The translations under genes and the position numbers were made by a program. A DNA stretch of 62,651 nt from Actinomycetota bacterium. Lineage in GTDB: Bacteria > Actinomycetota > Humimicrobiia > Humimicrobiales > Humimicrobiaceae. Each line of letters begins with the position of its first letter. The first letter of the stretch is position 1. Shown one piece after another: positions 37,463-47,214 of the stretch. The stretch is taken from the NCBI GenBank assembly GCA_026392215.1, contig JAPLCN010000124.1, positions 1-62,651 of the forward strand, read 5' to 3'. The notes beneath the pieces were generated by a model that ran no database searches, was not told the origin of the DNA, and saw only the letters and a program-made list of their open reading frames with translations.

Positions 37463-38502
37463 ATAAAAAATTATCAGAGATATTAATAATTGTTTCTACT
37501 TTTTTGTTGGTTTTAAGCCTTTTTTTTGTTGCATGCAGTTCCGGTTCAGGGCTATCAGGGAAAACTCCAAAATCTGAAATACAAAAGGGATTAGATGTTG
37601 AAATTGAAATAATAGAAGGAATGAATCTAACGCAGATTTCAAGCCTTCTTGAAGAAAAGGCAGTAGTAGACAATGGTTTGTTTTTTAAAGTTTATGCAGA
37701 AGAAAAAGGCCTTGAAAAGAAACTGATTCCTGGCAAGTATAATTTAAAAACAGGATCAGAATATGGTGATGTGTTAAAGGCAATAACTTCAGGACCGTTA
37801 GTTGTTACTTTTAAGTTAGCAATACCTGAAGGTTTTATGCTAAAGCAGGTTTCTGAAAGGATAAACGGGGAATTGCCGTTTATCGCAAAAAATGATCTGG
37901 AAGAAGCAATTAAAGTTGAAAATTACAGCTACGATTTTTTAAAAGATAATAATCAGCCGGTACAAAGCCTTGAAGGTTTTCTTTTTCCTAAAACCTATGA
38001 AGTTATTGCGCAATATACTGCAAAAAATGTAATTGAAATGTTTTTATCTCAATATCAGCTTGAAACCAGCAATCTGGATTACAGTGCTGCTGTAGACAAT
38101 AATTTAACACCTTACGACATCCTAAAAATTGCTTCAATGATTGAAAGAGAAGCTTATCTGCCTGAAGAAAGGCCTTTAATTTCTGCAGTAATCCATAACA
38201 GGCTTAAGATAAATATGGCGCTTGGCATAGACGCAACACTTATTTATTTTCTGGATAAATGGGACAATCCATTAACAGAAAGTGATTTAAAAACCGATAC
38301 CCCATATAACACACGATTATATACAGGTCTTCCTCCAACACCAATCTGCAATCCCGGGCTCGATTCCATAAAGGCAGCATTAAATCCTGCCGATGCGGAT
38401 TATTTATACTATGTTGTAACTGATCCTGTTAGCCACAAACATACTTTTTCAAAAACTCTTAAAGAGCATAATGAAAATGTAAACAGTACAACAACAAAAT
38501 GA
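37444..38502 (+). CDS. mltG: Endolytic murein transglycosylase MltG (YceG family)
   Basis: N-terminal TM helix, ASMIEREA catalytic Glu region and YNTRLYTGLPPTPICNPG. Confidence 0.88.
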   Translation: MAENKINKKLSEILIIVSTFLLVLSLFFVACSSGSGLSGKTPKSEIQKGLDVEIEIIEGMNLTQISSLLEEKAVVDNGLFFKVYAEEKGLEKKLIPGKYNLKTGSEYGDVLKAITSGPLVVTFKLAIPEGFMLKQVSERINGELPFIAKNDLEEAIKVENYSYDFLKDNNQPVQSLEGFLFPKTYEVIAQYTAKNVIEMFLSQYQLETSNLDYSAAVDNNLTPYDILKIASMIEREAYLPEERPLISAVIHNRLKINMALGIDATLIYFLDKWDNPLTESDLKTDTPYNTRLYTGLPPTPICNPGLDSIKAALNPADADYLYYVVTDPVSHKHTFSKTLKEHNENVNSTTTK

Positions 38503-39110
38503 AAGATTTAAATAGCATTATATCTGAAAAAGAATACCTTGAAGGCTTAAGCAACGTTTCTATTGAAAATAAGGTGCCAATAGTCACTTATGAGGTCGGA
38601 AGGCTGCTTGAAGTTATTGCATTTATAAAAAACCCAAAACGTGTTTTAGAAATAGGGTGCGGACAAGGTTATTCAACTTATTTTATAGTTAAAAACTTAA
38701 AAAAAGCTTCTTTTACGGGAATTGATTTAAATAATAAAAGGTTGTTAAAAGCCAAAGAATTTATCACTTCTACTTTTCCTGAACTTAATGCAAATTTTTA
38801 TTCAGGCAATGCTTTAAAAATAATTCCTGACTTAAATCTTGAATTTGATTTTGTTTTTATAGATGCAGCTAAATTTGAATACCCTGCTTATCTGGAAATC
38901 CTTCTTAAAAAACTTAAAAAAAATGCTCTTATAGTAGCTGACAACATATTTTGCGATGAAAAAATATTTGCCCGTTACGTAAAGGAGCATGACAGAAACA
39001 GTGTGGAGGGCCTGAAAAAATTTATAAAATTAATTCAGAATAAAGAATTTTTTGATACAAAATTTATTGATATGGGCGATGGAGTCTCAATATCAATTTA
39101 TAAAAAATAA
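38499..39110 (+). CDS. Class I SAM-dependent O-methyltransferase (YrrM/TrmR-like)
   Basis: VLEIGCGQGYST SAM motif and DFVFIDAAK. Its position between mltG and a U32 peptidase mirrors B. subtilis yrrL-yrrM-yrrN/O. Confidence 0.7.
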   Translation: MKDLNSIISEKEYLEGLSNVSIENKVPIVTYEVGRLLEVIAFIKNPKRVLEIGCGQGYSTYFIVKNLKKASFTGIDLNNKRLLKAKEFITSTFPELNANFYSGNALKIIPDLNLEFDFVFIDAAKFEYPAYLEILLKKLKKNALIVADNIFCDEKIFARYVKEHDRNSVEGLKKFIKLIQNKEFFDTKFIDMGDGVSISIYKK

Positions 39111-39138
39111 TTAAAATAATACATATTTAATATAATTT

Positions 39139-40374
39139 ATGGTTGAAAATAAAAAAATTCCGGAACTACTTGTACCTGCAGGAAACTTAAAAACTCTTAA
39201 ATATGCTGTTGAGTATGGCGCCGATGCAGTGTATATCGGAGGGAAGAAATTTAATTTAAGAAGCCTTGGCAATAATTTTTCTGTCAGTGAGCTTGAAGAA
39301 GCAGCAGCTTACTGCCATGCCAGAAAAGTAAAAACATATTTAACATTAAATTCAATAATTTTTGAGAGTGAAATTCCACAATTAAAGGATTTTTTAAATG
39401 AAATAAAGGATATTGATTTTGATGGTGTTATAGCTTCAGACGCAGCAGTTATCAAGCTGGTCAAAACTTATTATAAAAATCCCAATATACACATCAGTAC
39501 GCAGGCAAATGTAACCAATAGCATTGGTGTTAACATGTATAAAGATCTCGGGGCAAAAAGGGTAAACATAGCAAGAGAGATAAAGTTCAGTGATCTAAAG
39601 GAAATAATAAAAAATACTGATATTGAGATCGAGGTTTTTGTTCATGGTGCCTTGTGTATTTCACATTCCGGAAGGTGCATGCTAAGTAAATATATGGCTG
39701 GAAGGGATGCAAATAAGGGGGAATGCGCCCACAGCTGCAGATGGAAGTATTATCTGATGGAAGAAGAAAGGCCAAATTTGTTTTTTAACATTGTAGAGGA
39801 CAATAAAGGCACTTTTATTTATAATTCAAGGGATTTATGCCTTCTTTCAAAGCTGGATTTGCTGATTGACGCAGGTGTTTCTGCTCTTAAGATTGAAGGC
39901 AGGATGAAAACAGAAAGCTATATTGCGCAAACTGTCTGGGCATATAAAAAAGCCCTGGAATATATTAAGAATAACGAGTTTGACGAAAATAAAAAAGATT
40001 TTTTGCTTAAAGAGTTAAATAAATGCAGCCATAGAAATTATACAGTTGGCTTTATGTTTTTAAATAACTATAAGGAACTTGAAGATAACGAGGGTGTTGG
40101 ATATATTAAAAATTACAGGTTTACAGGTGTATGCAACGGAATAAGCGAAAAATATAATCTGCCTTTAATACTTGTAAAAAATCAGTTTAAGGCAGGAGAA
40201 AATATTGAAATACTTCAGCCGGGGAAAATGCCTGTAGAAAAAAGAATAAAAGAAATTACGGTAATAAAAAATAATAATGATTTTTCCTCTGATACTGCAA
40301 ATCCAAATGACATAGTTATTTTAAAAGATATAGGCAAAATTAACCCGTATTCGATATTGAGAGTAAAACAATAA
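39139..40374 (+). CDS. Peptidase U32 family protein (TrhP-like, linked to tRNA 5-hydroxyuridine formation)
   Basis: ELLVPAGN, GADAVYIGG, the Cys-rich GALCISHSGRCMLS...ECAHSCRW motif and KIEGRMK. Confidence 0.8.
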   Translation: MVENKKIPELLVPAGNLKTLKYAVEYGADAVYIGGKKFNLRSLGNNFSVSELEEAAAYCHARKVKTYLTLNSIIFESEIPQLKDFLNEIKDIDFDGVIASDAAVIKLVKTYYKNPNIHISTQANVTNSIGVNMYKDLGAKRVNIAREIKFSDLKEIIKNTDIEIEVFVHGALCISHSGRCMLSKYMAGRDANKGECAHSCRWKYYLMEEERPNLFFNIVEDNKGTFIYNSRDLCLLSKLDLLIDAGVSALKIEGRMKTESYIAQTVWAYKKALEYIKNNEFDENKKDFLLKELNKCSHRNYTVGFMFLNNYKELEDNEGVGYIKNYRFTGVCNGISEKYNLPLILVKNQFKAGENIEILQPGKMPVEKRIKEITVIKNNNDFSSDTANPNDIVILKDIGKINPYSILRVKQ

Positions 40375-40456
40375 TATTTATTAATGAGAGCACTATATTA
40401 TAACTTTGAAGCATATTTAAAATTAATAATTTATTTAAAATCAGGTTAAGTAATAA

Positions 40457-40732
40457 ATGAATAAGTGTTTTGAATTAATAATTGAAGGCAGAGTTCAGGG
40501 AGTAGGATTTAGAAATTTTGCTTACATGAGAGCATTAAAATATAATATTAAAGGTTATGTAAAAAATACCTTTGAAGGCAATGTTGAAATATTATGCACA
40601 GGGGAAGACGGGAATTTGGATAAATTTATAAATGAAATGAGGAAAGGTCCTTCTTTTTGCTTTATATCAAAGTTTGGCATCAACGAAGCACCGTCAGGAA
40701 GTGGTATTGATAATTTTGAAATAAGATATTAA
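40457..40732 (+). CDS. acyP: Acylphosphatase
   Basis: 91 aa with the GRVQGVGFRNF signature. Confidence 0.85.
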   Translation: MNKCFELIIEGRVQGVGFRNFAYMRALKYNIKGYVKNTFEGNVEILCTGEDGNLDKFINEMRKGPSFCFISKFGINEAPSGSGIDNFEIRY

Positions 40733-40802
40733 TGTAGATAAAAGAAAAGTCGTAAAAAATTATAAATATTTATTTAACAGCCATTATCAAAATTAAAAAA
40801 AT

Positions 40803-41672
40803 ATGGTAAAAATAAACGGCAATACCGATTTATATGCTTTAATGGGTTATCCTGCAAAACATAGCCTTTCACCTTTTATACATAATTATTTTTTTAATAA
40901 ATATGACTTAAATTCCGTTTATTTAAGTTTTGAAATTATTCCATCAGATTTTAAAACTGCTTTTTCGGGTGCAAAAAAGATTGGTTTTTCAGGGATTAAT
41001 TTAACAATGCCGTTCAAGGAAGATTCTTTAAACTATCTGGAAGAACTGGATGAAGATGCCAAAGCCATCAAGTCTGCAAATACTGTAAAAATTAATAAAA
41101 ACGAAAGAAAAACAAAAGGCTTTAATACTGACATATCAGGGCTTATAAGATCGCTTGATGACCATAATTTTAATTGGGGTGTCTCAAGTTGTTTAATTAT
41201 TGGCGCGGGCGGCGCTGCAAAAAGTGCAGTATATGCTTTAATTAAAAAGAAAACGGAAAAAATTTATATATTTAGCCGGACTGCTTCCAGAGCTAATGAA
41301 ATTAAAATTCTTTTTAATAACCATGATTTTACTAAAATTATTATTTTAAATGATTTAAACATAGCGCCTTTAAAAGAAATAAGCCTGATAATTAATTGCA
41401 CGCCTTTGGGGATGAAATTAAATGATTCGTCCATGGATAATAATATTTTGCCAATACCGGAAAGCTGGAACTTAAATAAGAAATTTGTATTTGAAATGGT
41501 TTATAATCCTATTCATACATTACTGGTAAAAAAATCAATAAAAGATGGAGCTGAAGTAATTTTTGGAACAGAAATGCTTTTAAACCAGGCTGCCTTTTCA
41601 TTTGAAATATGGAAAGGATTTTTCCCCGATCTGACATATTTAAAAAATTATTTTAAAAATAGTATTAAATAA
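40803..41672 (+). CDS. aroE: Shikimate dehydrogenase AroE
   Basis: YALMGYPAKHSLSPFIHN, GINLTMPFKE, NTV and GAGGAAKS NADP motif. Confidence 0.88.
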   Translation: MVKINGNTDLYALMGYPAKHSLSPFIHNYFFNKYDLNSVYLSFEIIPSDFKTAFSGAKKIGFSGINLTMPFKEDSLNYLEELDEDAKAIKSANTVKINKNERKTKGFNTDISGLIRSLDDHNFNWGVSSCLIIGAGGAAKSAVYALIKKKTEKIYIFSRTASRANEIKILFNNHDFTKIIILNDLNIAPLKEISLIINCTPLGMKLNDSSMDNNILPIPESWNLNKKFVFEMVYNPIHTLLVKKSIKDGAEVIFGTEMLLNQAAFSFEIWKGFFPDLTYLKNYFKNSIK

Positions 41673-41887
41673 ATTATTAAGAGTTGATCTGAACGCATCT
41701 GATTTGCACATGATTGCGGTAGTTGTGATTGCCATGTATCTTCTGATGTTTAAAATATATCAATATATTCAGTAAAATGTTTTTAAAGTTTTAATTTTTA
41801 AATTATTAATCTTTATATTATAAATAAATAAATATTATTACTTATATGTATATAAAAATTATTTAAAATAATAGTTATATAAAGGTA

Positions 41888-41915
41888 TTGATTTATTTAT
41901 AAGTTATGTTATAAA
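41888..41915 (+). promoter_or_regulatory. Candidate promoter for the pilin gene
   Basis: TTGATT at 41888-41893, a 16-nt spacer, TG at 41907-41908 and TATAAA at 41910-41915. It lies about 85 nt upstream of ATG 42002. Confidence 0.3.
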
Positions 41916-42001
41916 ATAATAAAAAGTACAAGAAATAATATAAATAGTTTTATTGTAATACTAACATCATATAAGGGAGGCATTAAAAACGAAGTGGTTT
42001 T

Positions 42002-42429
42002 ATGAAAAGCTTTACAAAAAGGAAAAAGGATTTACATTGGTAGAACTTCTGATAGTAATTATTATTCTTGCAGTTCTTGCCGGTATAGCAGTCCCCAGCT
42101 ATCTGTCAATGACATCCAAGGCAAAGGAAGCAGGGACAGAAGCTGAAATGGCTAATATTGCTACAGCTCTCGAACTATATAATGCTGACAAAGGTTCATA
42201 TCCAGCAACTGCTACTACGTGGAATACTAATTTACAAACAGGTGGGTATATGGTTGCAGTTCCTACAAAGGATAAATGGGGCGAAGATTATGTATATGCT
42301 GCAGCAGGAGCAGGTAATGCAACTTATACTTTAACCAGTTGCGGTAAAGATGGAGTAGTTGGTGTTACTGGTGGTACAGATGATCTTGTTTGGACCAACG
42401 GCCAGCAAACCGGAATGGGTGCATATTAA
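42002..42429 (+). CDS. Type IV pilin / GspG-like pseudopilin, with leader and body in different frames (apparent 1-nt indel or -1 shift near 42023-42028)
   Basis: ATG 42002 encodes MKSFTKRKK, then runs to TAG 42041. The body frame from 42028 reads GFTLVELLIVIIILAVLAGIAVPSY... and includes the GspG-like DKWGEDYVY...SCGKDG. The length is not a multiple of 3. Confidence 0.75.
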
Positions 42430-42494
42430 TAATCTTAGGAGTTTACTATTTAATAATTTAATAAATAAAAATAAAAAAGTATTAGTAATGTTTA

Positions 42495-42524
42495 GGCAGA
42501 GGCTTAAAAACCTCTGCTCTTTTT
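42495..42524 (+). terminator. Rho-independent terminator after the pilin gene
   Basis: Stem GCAGAGG (42496-42502) / CCTCTGC (42511-42517), an 8-nt loop, then TCTTTTT. Confidence 0.7.
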
Positions 42525-42669
42525 GTGTAAATTGTTTTTGACTATTTATATCATGTGTGTTATTATATAAAAGTACAAATATTTATTTCCCTATATGCAG
42601 CATAAATTATAGCAATAACTTGTAATAAAAATTTAGCAATTAAATAAAAAATTTTATAGTAAGAGGGAA

Positions 42670-43422
42670 ATGAGCAGCATAATTTATTATTTGATTTTTA
42701 TTTTCTCAGGTTTAATTATTGGAAGTTTCTTAAATGTGCTGATCTATAGGCTTCCTTTAAAGATTTCCATTGCAGCTCCCTCTTCTTTCTGCCCTGAATG
42801 CAACTTAAAAATAAAGTTTTACGATAATATTCCTGTAGTTTCCTATCTGATTTTAAAAGGCAGATGCCGCAATTGCAAAACCAGAATTTCACCGAGATAC
42901 CCGATTGTTGAAGCATTAACTGCCTTTTTTTTTGCGTTAAGCTATTATTTTTTTGGGATAAGTTTTAATTTGCTGTTATCTGTAATATTTATTTCAGGGT
43001 TAATAACAGTATCTTTTACTGATATTGAGCATGAAATAATCCCTAACGTTGTTGTCCTTCCTCTTTCTGCAATTGGACTACTGATAAACATCTCAGTAAT
43101 GCCCCAAATATGGTGGATAATACTTGCATTTGCATTCGGATCATTTCTTTTTATGTTCATAATCAGCATGATTTATCCAAAAGGCATGGGGATGGGCGAT
43201 GTAAAGTTAAGCCTTATGGCAGGGGCATATTTAACTCAGAAAGTTATTCCAGGCTTATTTATTGGTTTTTTTGCCGGTGCAATTTTCGGGCTGGCAATGA
43301 TCATATTAAAAAAGAAAAAAATAAAACAAACAATACCATTCGGACCTTTTATTTCTTTTGGATGTATTGTTGCTTTATTTTTTGGTGATAAAATTATTAA
43401 CTGGTATCTTGCATATATATAG
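42670..43422 (+). CDS. pilD: Prepilin peptidase (A24 family, PilD/ComC-like) with an N-terminal zinc-ribbon region
   Basis: CPECN...CRNCK Cys pairs, the catalytic Asp motifs GMGMGDVKL and IPFGPF, and multiple TM helices. Confidence 0.88.
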   Translation: MSSIIYYLIFIFSGLIIGSFLNVLIYRLPLKISIAAPSSFCPECNLKIKFYDNIPVVSYLILKGRCRNCKTRISPRYPIVEALTAFFFALSYYFFGISFNLLLSVIFISGLITVSFTDIEHEIIPNVVVLPLSAIGLLINISVMPQIWWIILAFAFGSFLFMFIISMIYPKGMGMGDVKLSLMAGAYLTQKVIPGLFIGFFAGAIFGLAMIILKKKKIKQTIPFGPFISFGCIVALFFGDKIINWYLAYI

Positions 43423-43598
43423 AAGTTTAAAAGATGTATTATTAGTATTATGATGCAGTTTACAAACTTAAAAAGGAAGATTTATTCGGGAAAATTTATC
43501 AGGTAAAAGCAATCAATGCTGATTCAGTAGTGCTTTTAAAAGGCGATGAATTAATAACAATATATATAAATGAAATATATTACAACTAATTATAAGTT

Positions 43599-44777
43599 AT
43601 GAAGTTTTTAAGTTCAGGTGAATCCCATGGAAAGGCACTGGCAGGAATAATTGATGATTTTCCTTCCGGTGTTAATATTGATTTTAGTTATATAAATAAT
43701 GAACTTAAGAGAAGGCAGTCAGGTTACGGCCGCGGGAAAAGAATGGATATTGAAAAAGACAGCCTGGAAGTTCTCTCCGGAGTAAGGCACGGCGAAACAA
43801 TAGGTTCACCAATATCATTTCTGATTTATAATAAAGATTGGGAAAACTGGAAAGAAAAGATGGCTGTGGAGTTTTCGGACAGCAAGGCAGAAAACACAAA
43901 GGATTTAAAAATATTAAATCCAAGGCCGGGACATGCAGATTTTGCCGGTTATACAAAATACAGGCTGGATGACATTAGAAATGTTATTGAAAGAAGCAGC
44001 GCGCGTGAAACAGCCGTCAGAGTTGCTGCAGGTGGTTTTGCTAAGATTTTACTCAAAAATTTTAATATTTTTGTTTATAGTTTTGTAACTCAAATAGGTG
44101 AAATTGAATTGGATTTTTGTGATTCATACCAGGAGTTAAATGAAGATATATATCTAAGAGCAGAAGAATCAGATTTAAGATGTCCTGATGAAAAAGTAAC
44201 AGATAATATGAAAAAAGAAATAGATGCCGCAGTTAAAAAAGGCGATACTCTTGGAGGCAAATTTGTTTTATTTGCAAAAAGAATACCTGTCGGACTTGGT
44301 TCATATTCCCAGTGGAATAGAAGGCTTGATGCAAAAATAGCACATGCAATCATTAGTATTCCGGCAATAAAAGCAGTTGAGATCGGCAATGGTGTTTCTT
44401 CTGCAAAATCAAGCGGCATTAATTTCCATGACGAAATATTTTACAGCGTAGAAGAAGGTTTTTATAGAAAAACTAATAATGCCGGCGGAATTGAGGGCGG
44501 AGTTACAAATGGAGAAGACATAATAATATCAGCATATATGAAACCCATACCAACAACTTCAGCCGGTTTAAAAACAGTAAACATAAAAACCAAAAAAAAT
44601 GAGTCAAGCCTGAAGGAAAGATCTGATACCTGTGCTGTTCCGTCTGCATCTGTTGTCGGCGAAGCGATGCTTGCAATTGTCCTGGCGGATGAACTGCAGG
44701 AAAAATTCGGAAGAGACAGCTTACCGGAAATGCTTGAAAACTACAAAAATTATTGCAAGTATATGAAAAATATTTAG
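43599..44777 (+). CDS. aroC: Chorismate synthase AroC
   Basis: SSGESHGKAL, RRQSGYGRGKRM, RPGHADF and SARETA motifs. Confidence 0.93.
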   Translation: MKFLSSGESHGKALAGIIDDFPSGVNIDFSYINNELKRRQSGYGRGKRMDIEKDSLEVLSGVRHGETIGSPISFLIYNKDWENWKEKMAVEFSDSKAENTKDLKILNPRPGHADFAGYTKYRLDDIRNVIERSSARETAVRVAAGGFAKILLKNFNIFVYSFVTQIGEIELDFCDSYQELNEDIYLRAEESDLRCPDEKVTDNMKKEIDAAVKKGDTLGGKFVLFAKRIPVGLGSYSQWNRRLDAKIAHAIISIPAIKAVEIGNGVSSAKSSGINFHDEIFYSVEEGFYRKTNNAGGIEGGVTNGEDIIISAYMKPIPTTSAGLKTVNIKTKKNESSLKERSDTCAVPSASVVGEAMLAIVLADELQEKFGRDSLPEMLENYKNYCKYMKNI

Positions 44778-44813
44778 AATTCTTTATAAGCTTTAACTGG
44801 AAGTTGAAAGATA

Positions 44814-45332
44814 ATGTTTTTAAAAAACCTATCTCTTATTGGTTTTATGGGATGCGGGAAAAGTACTACAGGAAAAATAATTGCTGATGATTTAAATTTT
44901 TTATTTATTGATTTGGACAAAATGATTGAATATATTCATGAATTATCTATCAAAGATATATTTGAAAAATATGGTGAAAGTTATTTCAGAAATTTTGAAA
45001 GCAATATTATAAATAAAATTTATAATAACAAAAATTGCATTTTCGCTTGTGGGGGCGGGGTTTTTAATAAGGCGGAAAACATAAAAAAAATAAGGCAGAA
45101 TAGTTTTGTTGTGTACTTATTTTTAACACCGGAAGAGGCTTATGAAAGATTAAAAGATTCTAAAGACAGGCCTCTTCTTCAGGTTGAGGGGGATTTAAAC
45201 CAAAAAATTACGCAAATCATGGAAGAAAGACAGGATATATATAATAATAATTGCGATTTAAAAATTAATGCAGGAGGTAAATCCCCAAATCGCATAAAGG
45301 ATGAAATAATAAGCTATTTAAACAAGCATTAA
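44814..45332 (+). CDS. aroK: Shikimate kinase AroK
   Basis: Walker A GFMGCGKST, GGG motif (ACGGGVF) and RPLL. Confidence 0.88.
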   Translation: MFLKNLSLIGFMGCGKSTTGKIIADDLNFLFIDLDKMIEYIHELSIKDIFEKYGESYFRNFESNIINKIYNNKNCIFACGGGVFNKAENIKKIRQNSFVVYLFLTPEEAYERLKDSKDRPLLQVEGDLNQKITQIMEERQDIYNNNCDLKINAGGKSPNRIKDEIISYLNKH

Positions 45333-45402
45333 TAAAATAATTCAGTATTGCATCTTTATCAGAAAATACCATTAAAAAATCAAAATAAAATTTTTTTATA
45401 AG

Positions 45403-46512
45403 ATGAAATCAATAGAAGTAAAGACTTTAAACAAAATTTATAATATTTATATTGAAAACCATATAACAGACCAGCTCGTTACCTATTTAAAAGATAACAT
45501 TAAAAGTATTAATAATATTATCCTTGTCTCAAACGAAAAAATATACACAATATACGGTGAAAGAATTAAAAAAATAATAAGCAGCAATTTTAACCTGAAA
45601 AAAATAATATTAAAAGATGGCGAAAAATATAAAAATCTTGATACTTTGAAATATATTTATACGGAATTATTAAAAATAAATGCTCGCAGAAATGATGTGA
45701 TCCTGTCATTTGGCGGAGGAGTTGTTGGTGACACTGCCGGATTGGCTGCTGCAACGTTTAACAGGGGGATGGGTCTGGTCCAATACCCGACTACCATAAT
45801 AGCACAAGTGGACAGCAGTGTCGGCGGCAAGACTGCCGTAAATTTTGAAAATATTAAAAATGTTATAGGCTGCTTTTATCAGCCTGATCTTATTATTACA
45901 GATCCCAAACTTTTAATAACTCTTGAAGAAAAAGAAATAATAAATGGCCTGAGCGAGATAGTAAAGTACGGGCTGGTGTTTGATTATCAGATAATAAATG
46001 ATCTATTAAAAATAGTAAACAAATATAAAAATAGTGATGATAGATTACTCAAAACAGTTAAAAATGAAGAATTTGGCAATATTATTTACAAGTGCGTAAA
46101 AATAAAATCAGAAATTATTGAAAAAGATGAATTTGATACAGGCGAAAGGCATGTATTAAATTTTGGCCATACAATAGGCCATGCATTTGAAAAAATAATT
46201 GGATTTGACAATATAAATCACGGCCAGGCTGTGGCAGTCGGGATTTTATGTGCTGTTGATATGTCCATAAGTTACGGATATCTGGATATTGATTTTAAAA
46301 ATAAACTTCATAGCTTATATAATACGTTAAAACTTCCGGAATTTGTTTCAGGATTTAAACCTGATGAAATATATAACGCTATAAAGTTTGATAAGAAGTT
46401 TGTTTCAGGTATTAATAAATTTATACTGCTTAAAGATGTAAACAAGCCAATAATTTGTACGGATTTAAATGAAAAAATTATAAAAAGTAGTATAATAAAA
46501 TATATAAGATAA
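45403..46512 (+). CDS. aroB: 3-dehydroquinate synthase AroB
   Basis: GGGVVGDTAG, DSSVGGKTAVN and LNFGHTIGHA motifs. Confidence 0.9.
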   Translation: MKSIEVKTLNKIYNIYIENHITDQLVTYLKDNIKSINNIILVSNEKIYTIYGERIKKIISSNFNLKKIILKDGEKYKNLDTLKYIYTELLKINARRNDVILSFGGGVVGDTAGLAAATFNRGMGLVQYPTTIIAQVDSSVGGKTAVNFENIKNVIGCFYQPDLIITDPKLLITLEEKEIINGLSEIVKYGLVFDYQIINDLLKIVNKYKNSDDRLLKTVKNEEFGNIIYKCVKIKSEIIEKDEFDTGERHVLNFGHTIGHAFEKIIGFDNINHGQAVAVGILCAVDMSISYGYLDIDFKNKLHSLYNTLKLPEFVSGFKPDEIYNAIKFDKKFVSGINKFILLKDVNKPIICTDLNEKIIKSSIIKYIR

Positions 46513-46634
46513 CATATAAACTATTAATAAATAAATAAAAAAATATTTAATTTTTAATTTATCCGGGTTAACTTTTTAAAGTAAATGTTAAATCAATAAA
46601 TAAATTAAAATAAAAACCAACAGGAATAATAATT

Positions 46635-47069
46635 ATGGACAGAAAAATAATAATAATAAACGGGCCAAATTTAAATTTAACAGGCAGCAGGGAAGAAAAT
46701 GTATATGGAAATAAAAGTTTTGGAAGCTTTTACAATGAAGAACTTTTAATATTTGCAGAAAAAAATGATTTAAATCTGGAGTATTTCCAGTCAAATCACG
46801 AAGGGGATATTATTGACAGGATACACGACTGTATCGGGCATAAAGATTTTATCATAATCAACCCGGGTGCTTTAACCCATTACAGCTATGCAATACATGA
46901 TGCGCTTGCAGCGTGCAGGATTCCAGCAATAGAAGTTCATATCTCAAATATTTTTTCCCGGGAAGATTGGAGAAAACTGTCAGTAATTTCACCTTCAGTT
47001 AAAGGAATTATCAGTGGTTTTGGCCTTAAAAGCTACAAGCTTGCCCTGCAATTTATTTCAGAATCTTAA
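46635..47069 (+). CDS. aroQ: Type II 3-dehydroquinate dehydratase AroQ
   Basis: IIIINGPNLNLTGSRE, QSNHEG, INPGALTHYSYA and EVHISN motifs. Confidence 0.92.
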   Translation: MDRKIIIINGPNLNLTGSREENVYGNKSFGSFYNEELLIFAEKNDLNLEYFQSNHEGDIIDRIHDCIGHKDFIIINPGALTHYSYAIHDALAACRIPAIEVHISNIFSREDWRKLSVISPSVKGIISGFGLKSYKLALQFISES

Positions 47070-47214
47070 TTTTAATTAACTTCATGATCAAAAAATTATT
47101 TTTAATATTAATTTCCTTCTGTCCCAGAAGTGGGAAGAAATACCAAACAGTTAATTCGTTAAATAATTTTTTTATGCTTTCAAAAAACTCTTAATTTTTT
47201 ATCTGCTATAATAT

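Noticed and set aside
42359-42541. 60-aa plus-strand ORF overlapping the pilin 3' end and running through the terminator.
   Set aside because: It is out of frame with the pilin and spans a clear intrinsic terminator hairpin, so it is not plausible as a gene.
43441-43598. 46-codon open frame (YYDAVYKLKKEDLFGKIYQVKAINADSVVLLKGDELITIYINEIYYN) between pilD and aroC.
   Set aside because: It has no start codon of any usual type, no SD and no recognisable family. Its length is within what chance allows given the number of frames inspected.
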